DNA of 64,000 nucleotides from Candidatus Thorarchaeota archaeon (GCA_048884965.1 JBHLQH010000003.1:129809-193808), one strand, 5' to 3'; shown: positions 1-11,391, numbered from the stretch's first letter. Notes: generated from the letters alone by a model not told the origin. A program made the numbers and translations.

Positions 1-2
1 GT

Positions 3-281
3 TTTGGAGGTCCCAAGGCGGACTCGGCGTATCGAGAGCCTCCGCTGAGGATTTCAGGTGATGCTGATAGGTATGATCAACCCAGAGGTGTGGATGATGA
101 CTACATCCAACCCGGCAATCTATTCCGACTGATGACCCCAGCTGAGCAGGCAAGGCTAATGGATAATATTGTTGGATCCCTGAGAAAGACGTCTAAGGAG
201 ATTCAAGAGAGAATGGTTAAACATTTCACCAAGGCTGACCCTGCATATGGTAAGGGCATCAAAGATCGGCTTGGTCATTAG
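3..281 (+). CDS. katA: Monofunctional heme catalase, C-terminal part (truncated by window start)
   Basis: Frame is open from position 3: FGGPKADSAYREPPLRISGDADRYD...DDDYIQPGNLFRLM...HFTKADPAYG, the typical C-terminus of small-subunit catalases. Confidence 0.88.
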   Translation, partial: FGGPKADSAYREPPLRISGDADRYDQPRGVDDDYIQPGNLFRLMTPAEQARLMDNIVGSLRKTSKEIQERMVKHFTKADPAYGKGIKDRLGH

Positions 282-300
282 GAAACTAATAGGATACAGA

Positions 301-318
301 GGCGGTATGAATGCCGCC
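301..318 (+). terminator. GC-rich stem-loop after catalase stop
   Basis: ggcggtat-ga-atgccgcc inverted repeat about 20 nt after the stop. Confidence 0.45.
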
Positions 319-428
319 ATCTCTATTACTTTCAAACTTGCTGTGTACAACAGCATTAAGTATCTAATCAGAAGGAACTTGTCATTCAGTTATCTTGCCT
401 TCATATAGCTGATTGAGGGTACTCAGAG

Positions 429-1802
429 ATGGAATTGGAACAAACAGCATCCGTTAGTAGGTTCTATTCGTGGCTTGGTGTAGATTCCCTTAGTGGTGAG
501 CTTAGAAAGGCCATTCGAGCTCGGATGATGGTCAACTTCCCTCGGATATTCGCGGGGAATTTTCTGATCATCACCTTGACCCTTTTCTATCTCGATACCC
601 TCAATCCCTTAGAGATTGGTGCTGTCTGGAGTGTCTATTTTACCACCCTTGCGCTTCTCGACTACGTTTCAGGAACCATCGGTGATCAGATTGGGTACAA
701 ACGGGTTCTTCTTGGTGCATATATCTCTAAACTAATCGCTATTCCTTTCCTGTTATTTGGAACCACGTTCGCTTGGTATGCACTGTTCATGGTTCTGCTC
801 GCAATAGGAGATTCACAGGAGAGCGGAGCACTTGAGGCGTGGTTCGATAACTACTATCGTCCTCGAGCAGAGATAGAGGATCCAGAGCGCAAGATATACA
901 CTCAGTTCATAGCTCGAGCCACTCCGTTCTACAATCTTATGACCATCTCTGGATTCGTTGTTGGAGGATTCATTGCCACTGAGATATCCCGCCAGACTGT
1001 CTTCGCTGTATTTGCGTTCCTCTTGGTCTTCGAACTTGTGTTGATTCAAAAGGTGATTTGGGAAGATGTGAACAGGACTTCAGAGCAACAGTCAACTGGT
1101 TACCTAGGAAGGATACGTGAGAGCCTTTCCATCTTCGTGAACTCGCGTACCATCTTCTTCTATTTCCTTGGTATCGCAGCAATATGGGCTGCGAACGAAT
1201 CGGTCTGGCATACCTTCATCTCTATCAAGATATACCTCGAATATACCGGCTCTGATGCAGGCGCGGGTGTGCTTCGCTCAGCAGTCTTCGCAAGTGCACT
1301 TCTCTGGCAATTACTGGTCATCAAGTTCATTGACCGATTCAAGAGACCTCACCTCTATGTCTTCCTTTCGACAGTGGTCAGCAATGCGATGTTCTTTGCA
1401 ATGATTCTCACTTACTACCAAGCAGTTCCACCAAATAGTGTTGATATCCTACCAGCTGTTGGTATCTTGCTACTATATCAGATTCCTGCAGCATGGGAGA
1501 GCCTGCAAGGAACATTACAACAGCGTATCAACCTAGACCTGATCCCTGATGAGCACAGGAACTCTCTCTATTCACTCCTGCCTACTTTGGCTCGCATCTT
1601 CGGAATTCCATTCGTGATAATCACAGGGTACGTTACTGATGTTGGTGGATTCATTGGAAGCTTCTATTGGCTCATCGCTGTTAGCTTCATCGGATCCATC
1701 CTCTTAGGTATAGGCCTTCTCTTGGGAGCTGACTCAAAGCAACAACAGACGACTGTAGTCAATCTTTCTGGGGATGACGTGACAGAGGTCACTGATTCGT
1801 AG
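429..1802 (+). CDS. MFS transporter
   Basis: About 12 hydrophobic segments; motif A-like GTIGDQIGYKRVL; SGALEAW motif. Confidence 0.85.
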   Translation: MELEQTASVSRFYSWLGVDSLSGELRKAIRARMMVNFPRIFAGNFLIITLTLFYLDTLNPLEIGAVWSVYFTTLALLDYVSGTIGDQIGYKRVLLGAYISKLIAIPFLLFGTTFAWYALFMVLLAIGDSQESGALEAWFDNYYRPRAEIEDPERKIYTQFIARATPFYNLMTISGFVVGGFIATEISRQTVFAVFAFLLVFELVLIQKVIWEDVNRTSEQQSTGYLGRIRESLSIFVNSRTIFFYFLGIAAIWAANESVWHTFISIKIYLEYTGSDAGAGVLRSAVFASALLWQLLVIKFIDRFKRPHLYVFLSTVVSNAMFFAMILTYYQAVPPNSVDILPAVGILLLYQIPAAWESLQGTLQQRINLDLIPDEHRNSLYSLLPTLARIFGIPFVIITGYVTDVGGFIGSFYWLIAVSFIGSILLGIGLLLGADSKQQQTTVVNLSGDDVTEVTDS

Positions 1803-2922
1803 GTTCACTTGCAGTACTCTCAGCAGATGAAATCTGATTCATGGCGTCCGCAAGTTCTTTCGCTTGTGTCAGTGCTAGGATTGCAGGAACTAATGCCATA
1901 GCTGCAAGGCTAATTGGAATGATGGGATTCCAATCACTACTGGTTTCATAGAAACCTAATGTCACTGTGAATGCGATTGATTCTTGTGACTCCTCCAAAT
2001 ATATCTCAAGGATATGTGCTGTTTCATTCCCAAAGCTCATCTCTATCCCGAAATTCTGCGAGGGATGAACTGTCAGGATATTCAGGAGCGTCATTGATTC
2101 TGTGAATATTCGGAAATGTGCTACTCCTTCAAAACAGAAATTTCCAAAGGTGATTTGCAAGTATAATCGATTTCGAGGGGCGATATCAAAGATGTCTATT
2201 ATGACTCCAAGAGATTCCGATGAGATATCATACTCATAGTCTTGTGTTTCAAGCTGCAATCGGGAAACTGGCTGGATATGACGATGGGTATAACCATAGA
2301 TCAATGGAGCTGTTAGTACCAATGCAAGAATTACCAATAGTGTGATATGGCTTGCTTTCCGCTTTCCCAGAATGTGACGTCGATCACGAGGAGTATGTCG
2401 ATGACAGGTATTTTCTGTTCTCATCAAGTAATATGTAGATAGAAAGAATAGAGCAGCTCCATATACAAACCAAGGTGTCACTGCTATCATGGCGATTTCA
2501 GGAATCGGAGGCGGGAACCAAAAGACTATCTCAAAGGTAATCTCCACGTCTTGGTCCTGTCTGGAGATTGTGAGATTCCAGTACTCGTATTGGTCTTCAA
2601 AAGCGAGTCCGTCACTTCCAATCACCCGTATATCAGTAAAATTAGCAAAAACTCCTCTTGAATTCGAAACTGCATAAATCGTAACTGATGAACCATTAGT
2701 CGAAAGCTGTCTTAGGATGACTCTGGAGGTATCGATATTGCTGATGACGATACGTGATGATTCGTTGGATAGGACCTCCTCATATCGGTGAGGGCTTGAA
2801 GGATAGGGAATTCCACTTCCACCGTAGAAATAATAGTAGGGAGGACCTTGAACCATTACTAGTCCCCCAAGTAACATCATTACAACAGCCAGAATCACAC
2901 TCTTGCCGTCGCAATCAATCAT
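1789..2922 (-). CDS. Hypothetical multi-pass membrane protein with two beta-rich extracytoplasmic domains
   Basis: Long ORF with about 4 TM segments; likely start at MIDCDGKSVILAV (2922) rather than 3072. Confidence 0.6.
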   Translation of the reverse strand: MIDCDGKSVILAVVMMLLGGLVMVQGPPYYYFYGGSGIPYPSSPHRYEEVLSNESSRIVISNIDTSRVILRQLSTNGSSVTIYAVSNSRGVFANFTDIRVIGSDGLAFEDQYEYWNLTISRQDQDVEITFEIVFWFPPPIPEIAMIAVTPWFVYGAALFFLSTYYLMRTENTCHRHTPRDRRHILGKRKASHITLLVILALVLTAPLIYGYTHRHIQPVSRLQLETQDYEYDISSESLGVIIDIFDIAPRNRLYLQITFGNFCFEGVAHFRIFTESMTLLNILTVHPSQNFGIEMSFGNETAHILEIYLEESQESIAFTVTLGFYETSSDWNPIIPISLAAMALVPAILALTQAKELADAMNQISSAESTASEPTNQ

Positions 2923-3126
2923 CACACTGAAACACCCAATGGACACATTCGAAGAAGATGGATAAGGCCTTTTCTGACCAAGTAGCAAATTCTCAACTCT
3001 TATGCTGCAACTTTGTCTGCTGCGTTTCTGATTGTAGGAAATGATTAATACCCCTCCCGCTGAGTGAAACATAAGAGATGTTATTCTGAGGGCATCTAAG
3101 AAAAAGGGTATTCGGGAAAGATATCA

Positions 3127-5901
3127 ATGTGGCATTTTCCAGATGAGGTAAAGTTTCGATTCAGTTGGAGACCCTATCAGGCAAGGGTGCTTTCTGAACT
3201 TGAGGGGCATATGGGTGACAAGAGATTACATGTTGTTGCAGCTCCCGCATCAGGAAAGACCGTGCTTGGTCTTGAGGTTGTTCGGCGTCTTGATGGACCC
3301 ACGCTAGTGCTGGCACCAACACTTGCAATTCGTGATCAATGGGTGCAGCGTCTAGAGGAGCTCTTCCTTCCCTCAGGTAGTAAGACCCCAGATTGGGTTT
3401 CGTTCGACCTCGCTCGACCTGGTTTCTTTACTGTGAGTACCTATCAGATGCTTCATGCGGCGATGAAACGCGAAGAGTATGTTGCAGAACCTGAGGAAGA
3501 TGAGGGACTCGAGGATGAAGATGACTTCATTCCTGATCAGTCTACGGATATCGATATTGAAGAGGAAGAAGAGCAGGCTCTCGATATTGAGGAGAAGGAA
3601 GAGCGTGAGGCATATAATTGGCTCAATCAGAAGAGGACTGACTATCGGAACGCACCAATGCCCGAGCTGGCACCTCTTCTCGATCAAATAGGCGTCAAGA
3701 CCGTTGTGCTTGATGAAGCTCACCATCTGAGGTCAAGCTGGTGGAAAAGCCTGACGACACTTATCAAGGATCTTGGATCTATTCGCTTACTTGCTCTTAC
3801 TGCAACACCTCCTTATGATGTTCCGCCTGCAGAATGGGACCGATACATAGAACTCTGTGGTCCTGTAGATGCTGAGATCTCAGTTCCGGAGCTTGTCAAG
3901 GTCAAGAATCTATGTCCTCATCAGGATCTTGTAGCTTTTTCAAGTCCTTCATTCTCCGAAGGTGCCGAGATTGCCAAGTACAGAGAGGATGTGATTCAGT
4001 TCGTTTCGGACTTACAAATGAATGATACCTTCATCGAATTAATTATGTCGCATGAGTGGCTAAGGCAACCAGAATCAAATCTCGAAGATATACTGAATGA
4101 GCCGGACTTGTTTACCAGTATGTTGGTATTCCTGAATCAAGTAGGAAAAATTCTTCCTCTCCCTGCATTGAGCCTAGTTACCGATAGCATCGCTGAACTC
4201 CCTCAGTTTTCTTTTGAATGGCTGGAAGTACTACTCACCGGTCTCTTCTATCCTCGAAGTGGAAAACGACCCAAGTTTGAGCCAGAAGTCGAAGAAGTCA
4301 GGACTAAATTACGACAGATTGGGGCAATAGAACGCCGAAAAGTCTTCCTCAGGAATCCAACCTTTATCGAGAAGATTCTCAAGCGAAGTGTTTCAAAGAT
4401 GGATAGTATCGTGGATATCGCCAATGTGGAATTTGGGGCATACGGTGATAGGCTACGGATGGTGATTCTTGCAGATTATATTAGAAAACGGTATCTTCCT
4501 TCTGAAAAGAATCCAGAGCCAGAACTTGACAACACTGGGGTAGTTCCGATATTCGAGAGGCTAAGAAGAACCAATACTGCCAGTGTCAAAATCGGGGTTC
4601 TAACTGGCTCTCTTATCATCATTCCTACAGAATCTGAAACACTGTTCAGGGATCTTGCTTTTGAATCTGGAATATCAGGGAACGATATCGATCTGAGCCT
4701 ATTACAGCATGATGAAGATTATATGATGGTCAAGGTCCTCTCCTCAGATAAGCACAAGATGGTTCGAGTAGTCACTGATTTCTTCTCCGCTGGAGGATTG
4801 AACATCCTTATTGGGACGAAATCATTGCTTGGTGAAGGGTGGGATGCCCCCTCTATTAACTCGCTTGTGATTTCGAGCGTTGTAGGGTCTTTCATGCTTT
4901 CGAACCAAATGAGGGGAAGAGCTATCAGAATCCAGCCCGGTAATCCGGGAAAGACTGCAAATATATGGCATCTAGTGTGTGTGGAAGCCAATAGCTCGAC
5001 ACCTGGCGAAGATTACAATACTTTGGTTCGTCGATTCAGGGCATTTGTAGGAGTATCACAAGCTGAGCCCCTTATTGAGAATGGTCTGTCCCGATTATTA
5101 GTTGGCTCAGCGCCTTACTCAGCTGAAGAGATTTGGGAGATTAATGAGCGCATGTTTGATCGTTCCATGCAGCGCGATAAGATGAAGGAGTCATGGGAAA
5201 TCGCACTTGGTCAAGACCAAGAGATTCGACTTACAGAGGATGTGCAATTCTCAGAATCTCAGATTCCGACATTTCTCTCATCCTACGAATTTCCATTCTG
5301 GTTTCCTGGCTGTTTTGGTTTTTCCGGTCTATTTCTGATTGGATTCATGTTGGCTCCTATATCCCTATATTCCCTCCTTTTTCCTCTCATTCCCTTACTC
5401 TTTCTTATACCCTCCCTAGCCAGGCACTATCGACAAAGTCCCCTAAAACGTGCCCTAGGATATGTCGCATATGGTTTAGTAGCATCTCTCATCATGTGTA
5501 GATATATTCGAACGCCATCTCGTGATTTACAAATCAATATCGATGAGGGACTTGATGCGAAAATCTACTGCCATCTAAAAGGTGCTAACAGAAGAGAGCA
5601 ATCAATATTCCTACAGGCACTTCAAGAGATTTTCAATCCAATTGACGATCCAAGATACTTGGTCTGTAACACTCGTCCAAACCCCAAACTGATAGCAGAT
5701 TACTATCCGGTTCCGAAAATTCTAGGAACCAAGAAAGAGCATGCTACGGAATTTACCTCTTTTTGGAAGCGAAGCAATTTCACTCCGAATCTTATCTTTA
5801 CACGAAATAGTAAGGGCCGTCTTCAGCTGCTTAAGGCACGAACCAAGTCTAGAGCGCGACTAAGAGGCATGAAATCAGAACGGGTTACAAGATGGAAGTA
5901 G
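3127..5901 (+). CDS. Superfamily II (DEAH) helicase with acidic insert and C-terminal hydrophobic segment
   Basis: Q-motif WRPYQ, Walker A AAPASGKT, DEAH, TATPP, GEGWD, QMRGRAIR. Confidence 0.88.
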   Translation: MWHFPDEVKFRFSWRPYQARVLSELEGHMGDKRLHVVAAPASGKTVLGLEVVRRLDGPTLVLAPTLAIRDQWVQRLEELFLPSGSKTPDWVSFDLARPGFFTVSTYQMLHAAMKREEYVAEPEEDEGLEDEDDFIPDQSTDIDIEEEEEQALDIEEKEEREAYNWLNQKRTDYRNAPMPELAPLLDQIGVKTVVLDEAHHLRSSWWKSLTTLIKDLGSIRLLALTATPPYDVPPAEWDRYIELCGPVDAEISVPELVKVKNLCPHQDLVAFSSPSFSEGAEIAKYREDVIQFVSDLQMNDTFIELIMSHEWLRQPESNLEDILNEPDLFTSMLVFLNQVGKILPLPALSLVTDSIAELPQFSFEWLEVLLTGLFYPRSGKRPKFEPEVEEVRTKLRQIGAIERRKVFLRNPTFIEKILKRSVSKMDSIVDIANVEFGAYGDRLRMVILADYIRKRYLPSEKNPEPELDNTGVVPIFERLRRTNTASVKIGVLTGSLIIIPTESETLFRDLAFESGISGNDIDLSLLQHDEDYMMVKVLSSDKHKMVRVVTDFFSAGGLNILIGTKSLLGEGWDAPSINSLVISSVVGSFMLSNQMRGRAIRIQPGNPGKTANIWHLVCVEANSSTPGEDYNTLVRRFRAFVGVSQAEPLIENGLSRLLVGSAPYSAEEIWEINERMFDRSMQRDKMKESWEIALGQDQEIRLTEDVQFSESQIPTFLSSYEFPFWFPGCFGFSGLFLIGFMLAPISLYSLLFPLIPLLFLIPSLARHYRQSPLKRALGYVAYGLVASLIMCRYIRTPSRDLQINIDEGLDAKIYCHLKGANRREQSIFLQALQEIFNPIDDPRYLVCNTRPNPKLIADYYPVPKILGTKKEHATEFTSFWKRSNFTPNLIFTRNSKGRLQLLKARTKSRARLRGMKSERVTRWK

Positions 5902-6009
5902 CGTTAGTAGGATTTGTCATGTAACATCTGCATGAATGTTCATACTGAACACATTACTCTATAAGACATTGAGAGTCCTGCAAGGACTACATGAGGTTGA
6001 TTAAGATAT

Positions 6010-7257
6010 ATGGCTATCACATCGCTAATTCCTATTGTTGCCCTAGGAATAACCTTCATTCTCATTATTGTCAGGAAAGTTGGAGGATATAATATCAAGA
6101 TATGGCAGGCTATGCTCCTTGGTGCGATACTTGTCCTGGTCACTGGACAAATCTTCATCGTAGATGCAATTCTTTCAATAAACCTCGATGTCATGCTCTT
6201 TCTCTTTGGGATGTTCGTTATCGGAAGTGCAATGGAAAAGAGTGGCTATCTATCAAGAATATCCGCGTTCTTCTTTGGTCGTGCAAGGAATGTAGATCAG
6301 CTCATCCTCATGTTGCTTTTTGTAATGGGTATGCTCTCCGCGCTTCTCATGAATGACACGCTTGCCATTATAGGCACCCCTATCGTACTCGGATTTGCCA
6401 AGCGCTATCGCATCTCTACAAAGCTGCTGCTCCTTACACTTGCATTCGCTGTCACCACAGGAAGTGTTCTTAGCCCTATTGGAAACCCGCAAAACCTGCT
6501 AGTAGCAACCCAGGGAGGATTTGAGAATCCATTCATCACCTTCATGCAATACCTCTTCCTTCCTACCATGATATGCATCTTGATTGCATACACATTTCTT
6601 AGGGTGTTCTATCGCAAGGAATTCAAAACTTTGGAGATAGTAGATGATTCCAGTACCACTCACGATAATGGACTAACCAGACTCTCCAAGATCTCATTCG
6701 TACTGGTCTTCATTCTAATCATAGCGAAGATTGCGCTCATCTTCATCCTACCTGATTTTGACTTCAGACTGACCTATATTGCTCTTATCGCATGTCTTCC
6801 AGTTCTGATTGGTAGTAGTCGACGGGTTGAGATTGTACATGACATTGATTGGGAAACCCTTGTTTTCTTCGCGTCTATGTTCATACTCATGACCAGTGTA
6901 TGGAATTCAGGTGTGATTCAGTTCCTGCTTGAGGATTATACCTCATTGATCTCCTCGGTCCCAGTAATTCTGTTCTTGAGTGTGACCTTGAGCCAAGTAC
7001 TCTCCAATGTTCCTCTTGTGGCACTATACCTCCCCCTATTAACGGAGGCCTCGGCAAGTATTGCCTCCTATGTTGCACTTGCAGCAGGCAGCACAATTGC
7101 AGGAAACATGTTCATCCTCGGAGCCGCAAGCAATGTCATCATCATTCAGAATGCAGAGAGAAATGGAGAAACCATATCTTTCTGGGAATTCGCTAGAATT
7201 GGGGTCCCTCTTACAATTGTGCAGCTTCTAATCTATGTCCTGTTTCTTGGGATATAG
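6010..7257 (+). CDS. ArsB/NhaD/SLC13-type anion permease
   Basis: SALLMNDT, SPIGNPQN, SNVP and GAASNVII motifs of the ion transporter superfamily. Confidence 0.88.
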   Translation: MAITSLIPIVALGITFILIIVRKVGGYNIKIWQAMLLGAILVLVTGQIFIVDAILSINLDVMLFLFGMFVIGSAMEKSGYLSRISAFFFGRARNVDQLILMLLFVMGMLSALLMNDTLAIIGTPIVLGFAKRYRISTKLLLLTLAFAVTTGSVLSPIGNPQNLLVATQGGFENPFITFMQYLFLPTMICILIAYTFLRVFYRKEFKTLEIVDDSSTTHDNGLTRLSKISFVLVFILIIAKIALIFILPDFDFRLTYIALIACLPVLIGSSRRVEIVHDIDWETLVFFASMFILMTSVWNSGVIQFLLEDYTSLISSVPVILFLSVTLSQVLSNVPLVALYLPLLTEASASIASYVALAAGSTIAGNMFILGAASNVIIIQNAERNGETISFWEFARIGVPLTIVQLLIYVLFLGI

Positions 7258-7373
7258 CTCAGAATAATCATAAGGCGTTCATGTGCAATGGCGGTCATAT
7301 CCTGCATTTTATTAATGACCCGTCCTGCAAACTATCTCGTTCACTGGGAACTATACATTGAGGTGCCAGATAA

Positions 7374-8402
7374 TTGAGGTATGTTAAAATCTCGAAAGAG
7401 AACACCTACGAGTTCCTTGAACGCCTTAGGGCAAAGGGGACACTCTATGCGCCGCAGAAGATATCAGAGAAGTTCTTTGATTTTCGTGAGGTCTCTGATG
7501 TGAAGGACGTAGAGTTCAACTATGAGCGAACGATTCGCCCACCAAGACGATTCTTCCATCTTCCAGAAGAGAAGATGTTCTCCTTTGATATGCCAAAACA
7601 GGAGCTTTATCCTGTCAGCGTTAAAGCAGAGAATATTATCCTCTTTGGAGTGCATTCTTGCGATATTGTTGCTCTTCGTATTATGGATGCAGAGTTCCTA
7701 GATGAACAAAAGGATCCATACTACGAAGCTCGCAGGAAAAAAGGAATAATCATCGGTCTATCTTGTTTGCCTGATGAGTATTGTTTCTGCAATGTACGGA
7801 GAATCGAATTTGTTGATGCTGGATTTGACCTGTTCTTTCACGAGTTACCCGATGGCTATTTGGTCCGGGTAGGAACAGTCACAGGTCACAAGTTAGTTGA
7901 TCCCTATCCTGAGCTGTTTGAGGAAGTCACTACAATTGATACCGATAACATGGAAGCATTTGAGGAGAAGAAAGCATCCATGTATGCAATTCGCGGCAAT
8001 TGGGATAATCTAAGGTATTTCCTTGAATTCAGGATGAACCACCAAATGTATGACCGAGAGAGTGATACGTGCCTGGGTTGTGGGAACTGCACCCTTACCT
8101 GCCCTACATGTCGTTGCTATGATGTGAAGGATCTCCCAAACATTGACCAAGTCACGGGTGACCGTGTCCGTTTCTGGGATTCGTGTCAGTTCCGAACACA
8201 TGGGTTGGTAGCAGGCAATCACAACTTCCGTGCAACAAAGAAGGATCGCTTCTTCAATAGGTATCAGTGCAAGAATGCGTATTGTCCAGAAACAACGACC
8301 TCATACTGTGTAGGATGTGGGAGATGTACCTACTTCTGCCCAGCTGAGATAAATTTCAAGCGCAATCTGATGGAGATAGGCGGGTATAAGGGGGTTTCCT
8401 AG
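7374..8402 (+). CDS. hydB: Group 3b NiFe (sulf)hydrogenase beta subunit, 4Fe-4S
   Basis: [14 protein letters not shown] and [12 protein letters not shown]; first gene of the beta-gamma-delta-alpha operon; TTG start after GAGGTG. Confidence 0.9.
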   Translation: MRYVKISKENTYEFLERLRAKGTLYAPQKISEKFFDFREVSDVKDVEFNYERTIRPPRRFFHLPEEKMFSFDMPKQELYPVSVKAENIILFGVHSCDIVALRIMDAEFLDEQKDPYYEARRKKGIIIGLSCLPDEYCFCNVRRIEFVDAGFDLFFHELPDGYLVRVGTVTGHKLVDPYPELFEEVTTIDTDNMEAFEEKKASMYAIRGNWDNLRYFLEFRMNHQMYDRESDTCLGCGNCTLTCPTCRCYDVKDLPNIDQVTGDRVRFWDSCQFRTHGLVAGNHNFRATKKDRFFNRYQCKNAYCPETTTSYCVGCGRCTYFCPAEINFKRNLMEIGGYKGVS

Positions 8403-8404
8403 AG

Positions 8405-9262
8405 ATGCAGGATGTCAAGAGGAATCTATACGACACTCACAAGTGTCGACTATTACGGAAATATGAGCTTACAGATTTTGAGAGTCTATTCCTCTTTAGA
8501 TTCGAGGATCCAGATGTAGCACTAGATTGGAGATACTTGCCCGGTCAGTTTGTTGAGCTCTCGTTACCTGGATATGGGGAAGTGCCAATATCCATCTGTT
8601 CTTCCGCACGGAGGATGGGCTTCTTTGAGCTCTGTATTCGAAATGCTGGCCGCGTTACAAGTAGAATTCACAAACTACGTCCCGGTGAATTAGTTGGCAT
8701 TCGTGGTCCTTATGGAAATGGCTTCCCTGTTGAGCAGTTTCATGGAAGAGATCTCCTATGTGTTGCTGCCGGTCTTGGAATGGCACCACTCCGTTCTGTC
8801 TTCCTTTATGCCATCGATAACAGGTGGCAATTTGGGAATATCACGATAATCAATACTGCCAAGTTCGGCAAAGAGCTTCTCTTCCAGAAAGAGCTCGAAG
8901 CGATGAAAGACATTGCAACAGCTGAGAACATCGCTATCGTTCAGAGCGCTACTAGGGATCCCGAATGGGATGGCTTGCATGGACGCGCTACCGAGCATAT
9001 GGACAAGGCAAATGTTGACCCGAAGAACTGCGCTGTTGCCATGTGTGGTCCTCCAGCGATGTATCGAGGCATGTTTGACTACCTTGTTGAAGCTGGTTAT
9101 GATCCACGTTATATCTTTGTGACTCTTGAACGTAGAATGAAATGTGGTGTCGGTAAGTGCGGTCATTGCAACATCGGAACAGCGACCTCATGGAAATACA
9201 CCTGTAAGGACGGGCCTGTATTCGACTACTATGCTATAACCAGCATTCCGGGGTTGATCTAG
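8405..9262 (+). CDS. hydG: Group 3b hydrogenase gamma subunit (FAD/NAD(P), 2Fe-2S)
   Basis: PGQF, RGPYGNGF, AAGLGMAP, CGPP, ERRMKCGVGKCGHC. Confidence 0.92.
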   Translation: MQDVKRNLYDTHKCRLLRKYELTDFESLFLFRFEDPDVALDWRYLPGQFVELSLPGYGEVPISICSSARRMGFFELCIRNAGRVTSRIHKLRPGELVGIRGPYGNGFPVEQFHGRDLLCVAAGLGMAPLRSVFLYAIDNRWQFGNITIINTAKFGKELLFQKELEAMKDIATAENIAIVQSATRDPEWDGLHGRATEHMDKANVDPKNCAVAMCGPPAMYRGMFDYLVEAGYDPRYIFVTLERRMKCGVGKCGHCNIGTATSWKYTCKDGPVFDYYAITSIPGLI

Positions 9263-10081
9263 ATGGCCGTTATTGAAGAGTGTACTGACGATTGCAGACC
9301 AAGAGTCGGAGTATATGCCCTGACATCTTGCTATGGTTGTCAGCTAAAGTTAGCTACGGTTCAGAAGATTGTCGAGATTGCAAACACCGTCAACTTCGAG
9401 AGCTTCTACATGTTATCTAGCGCAAGTAAGATGCCCGCAGATGTCGATGTAGCATTCGTGGAAGGGTCCGTTTCGACAGAGAAGGACCTTGAGGAGCTAT
9501 TGGAGATTCGGAAGCATTCTAGGATTGTCGTAGCTCTTGGTGCATGTTCCGTGAATGGTGGCGTTCAGAGCTGGACTGAAGGCGACATGAGTTATGATGC
9601 TATGTACAACATCGTCTATGGCGACGATAAGATCAATATGCATGGACTCCAAGCCACACCAATCTCGAAGCATATCGATGTAGATTATTTCCTGCCAGGG
9701 TGCCCACCAGAAGAAGATGAGATCATGTATTTCATCTCCGCCTTTCTCATTGGGACATTCCCTGAGCCTAAGGACTATCCCGTTTGCTCGGAGTGCCGCC
9801 TTGCAGGAAATCCTTGTATCCTAATTGAACGGAATGCACCTTGCCTTGGTCCTATTACCGTAGCTGGTTGTAAGGCTAGATGCATTGGTTACAATGTTCC
9901 ATGTATTGGTTGTAGAGGTCCGGTCCCTCATGAAACGGCTTGGTTTGATTCTCTAGCTATGACATTCAAGAACAAGGGTTTCACTGAGAAGCAGGTGCGC
10001 GAGCGCATGAAGATCTTCGGTGCGCATGATGTGAATCTTGAGCGGATGTTGACTCGAATCTTCGGAGGTGCCAAGAAATGA
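9263..10081 (+). CDS. hydD: Group 3b hydrogenase small (delta) subunit
   Basis: TSCYGC, GAC, PGCPP, C-terminal Cys clusters (CSEC, CLGP, CIGCRG). Confidence 0.92.
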   Translation: MAVIEECTDDCRPRVGVYALTSCYGCQLKLATVQKIVEIANTVNFESFYMLSSASKMPADVDVAFVEGSVSTEKDLEELLEIRKHSRIVVALGACSVNGGVQSWTEGDMSYDAMYNIVYGDDKINMHGLQATPISKHIDVDYFLPGCPPEEDEIMYFISAFLIGTFPEPKDYPVCSECRLAGNPCILIERNAPCLGPITVAGCKARCIGYNVPCIGCRGPVPHETAWFDSLAMTFKNKGFTEKQVRERMKIFGAHDVNLERMLTRIFGGAKK

Positions 10082-11391
10082 CCAAGAAGCGAATATCTCG
10101 ACCGATAAATATCGACCATGTCGCTCGTATTGAAGGCAAAGCCGGAATAGATGTTACAATCGATAAAGGTGAGGTCACTGTTGCAGAGATGAACATCTTT
10201 GAAGGTCCCAGATACTTCGAGGCCATAACCCGTGGAAAATCAGTTGAAGAAGCTACTGCAGTCTTTCCAAGAGTGTGCTCTTTCTGTGCTGCAGCACACA
10301 AGATAACAGCGGTCCAAGCTGCTGAGAGCGCAATTGGTCTTGAGGTAACTGAGCAAACCAGAAAGCTTAGAGAGCTTCTGTATATTGGCGACTACATAGA
10401 GAGTCATGCATTGCATCTCTTCCTTCTAGCACTACCTGATTTCATGCACCATCCGGATGCATTTGCCATGAGTGAGGAGCATCCTAAAGTGCTTCAGGCT
10501 GGTATGAGATTGAAGGACATCGGTGCTGACATCCAGACCGTGATAGGTTCTCGGTATATCCATCAAGAAAATGTGCTAATGGGCGGCTTCGGTAAGCTTC
10601 CATCAAAGAAGGATTTGGCATCGCTCTCACGCAGATTGAAGTATCTACGTAACGATGCTGAAGAAGCTCTTGAAGCCTTTGTCAGCTATCGACCTTGGCC
10701 TGAATCAGAGATGCCGCGAATTCATCTGGCCCTAGAGCCATATGACGGAACCTATACAATAATGGGTGATACCGTACATGCAACTGATGGTACGCAATTC
10801 AATGCAGCAGCCTACAGAATGAGAATAGACGAAACCGTTGTTCCTCATTCCTTTGCGAAGCACTGTCATTATAACGAACAGCCCTTCATGACTGGAGCCA
10901 TCTCAAGGTACACACTCTTTAGTGGAGGTATGACTGGGCGTGCGAAGGAGCTAGCTGGACTGTATGACGAGTATCTGGATCCATCAAATCCCCTAGCCAA
11001 TAACTTCGCGCAAGCAATCGAGCTCGTGTACTTCGTACACAAGGCATTGGATATCTCAACTGACTTATCGGCCGGTCTTAAGGAGACCGAGCGAAGGATT
11101 CAACCCGAATTCGGGAGTTCTGGTGCGGGAGTATCCATGACTGAAGCACCACGTGGTATGCTCGCATATACCATTGCCGTGGACAAGGCTGGTTTGGTCA
11201 AGAACGTCGATATCATCACTCCTACGGCGATGTTTCTGCCTTTGATGGAGGCTGATCTCAAGAGGACAACTGAAGGACTTCTAGAGCATGGAATCACCGA
11301 TGAAAAGGAGATTGCGCATCGCTTGGAAACAATCGTTCGTTCCTACGATCCATGTGTTTCCTGTAGCGTTCACGTCGCAAAAGTAGAGTGA
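10078..11391 (+). CDS. hydA: Group 3b NiFe hydrogenase large (alpha) subunit
   Basis: ARIEG, L1 RVCSFC, EAPRG, L2 DPCVSCSVH followed by a short cleavable tail. Confidence 0.93.
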   Translation: MTKKRISRPINIDHVARIEGKAGIDVTIDKGEVTVAEMNIFEGPRYFEAITRGKSVEEATAVFPRVCSFCAAAHKITAVQAAESAIGLEVTEQTRKLRELLYIGDYIESHALHLFLLALPDFMHHPDAFAMSEEHPKVLQAGMRLKDIGADIQTVIGSRYIHQENVLMGGFGKLPSKKDLASLSRRLKYLRNDAEEALEAFVSYRPWPESEMPRIHLALEPYDGTYTIMGDTVHATDGTQFNAAAYRMRIDETVVPHSFAKHCHYNEQPFMTGAISRYTLFSGGMTGRAKELAGLYDEYLDPSNPLANNFAQAIELVYFVHKALDISTDLSAGLKETERRIQPEFGSSGAGVSMTEAPRGMLAYTIAVDKAGLVKNVDIITPTAMFLPLMEADLKRTTEGLLEHGITDEKEIAHRLETIVRSYDPCVSCSVHVAKVE

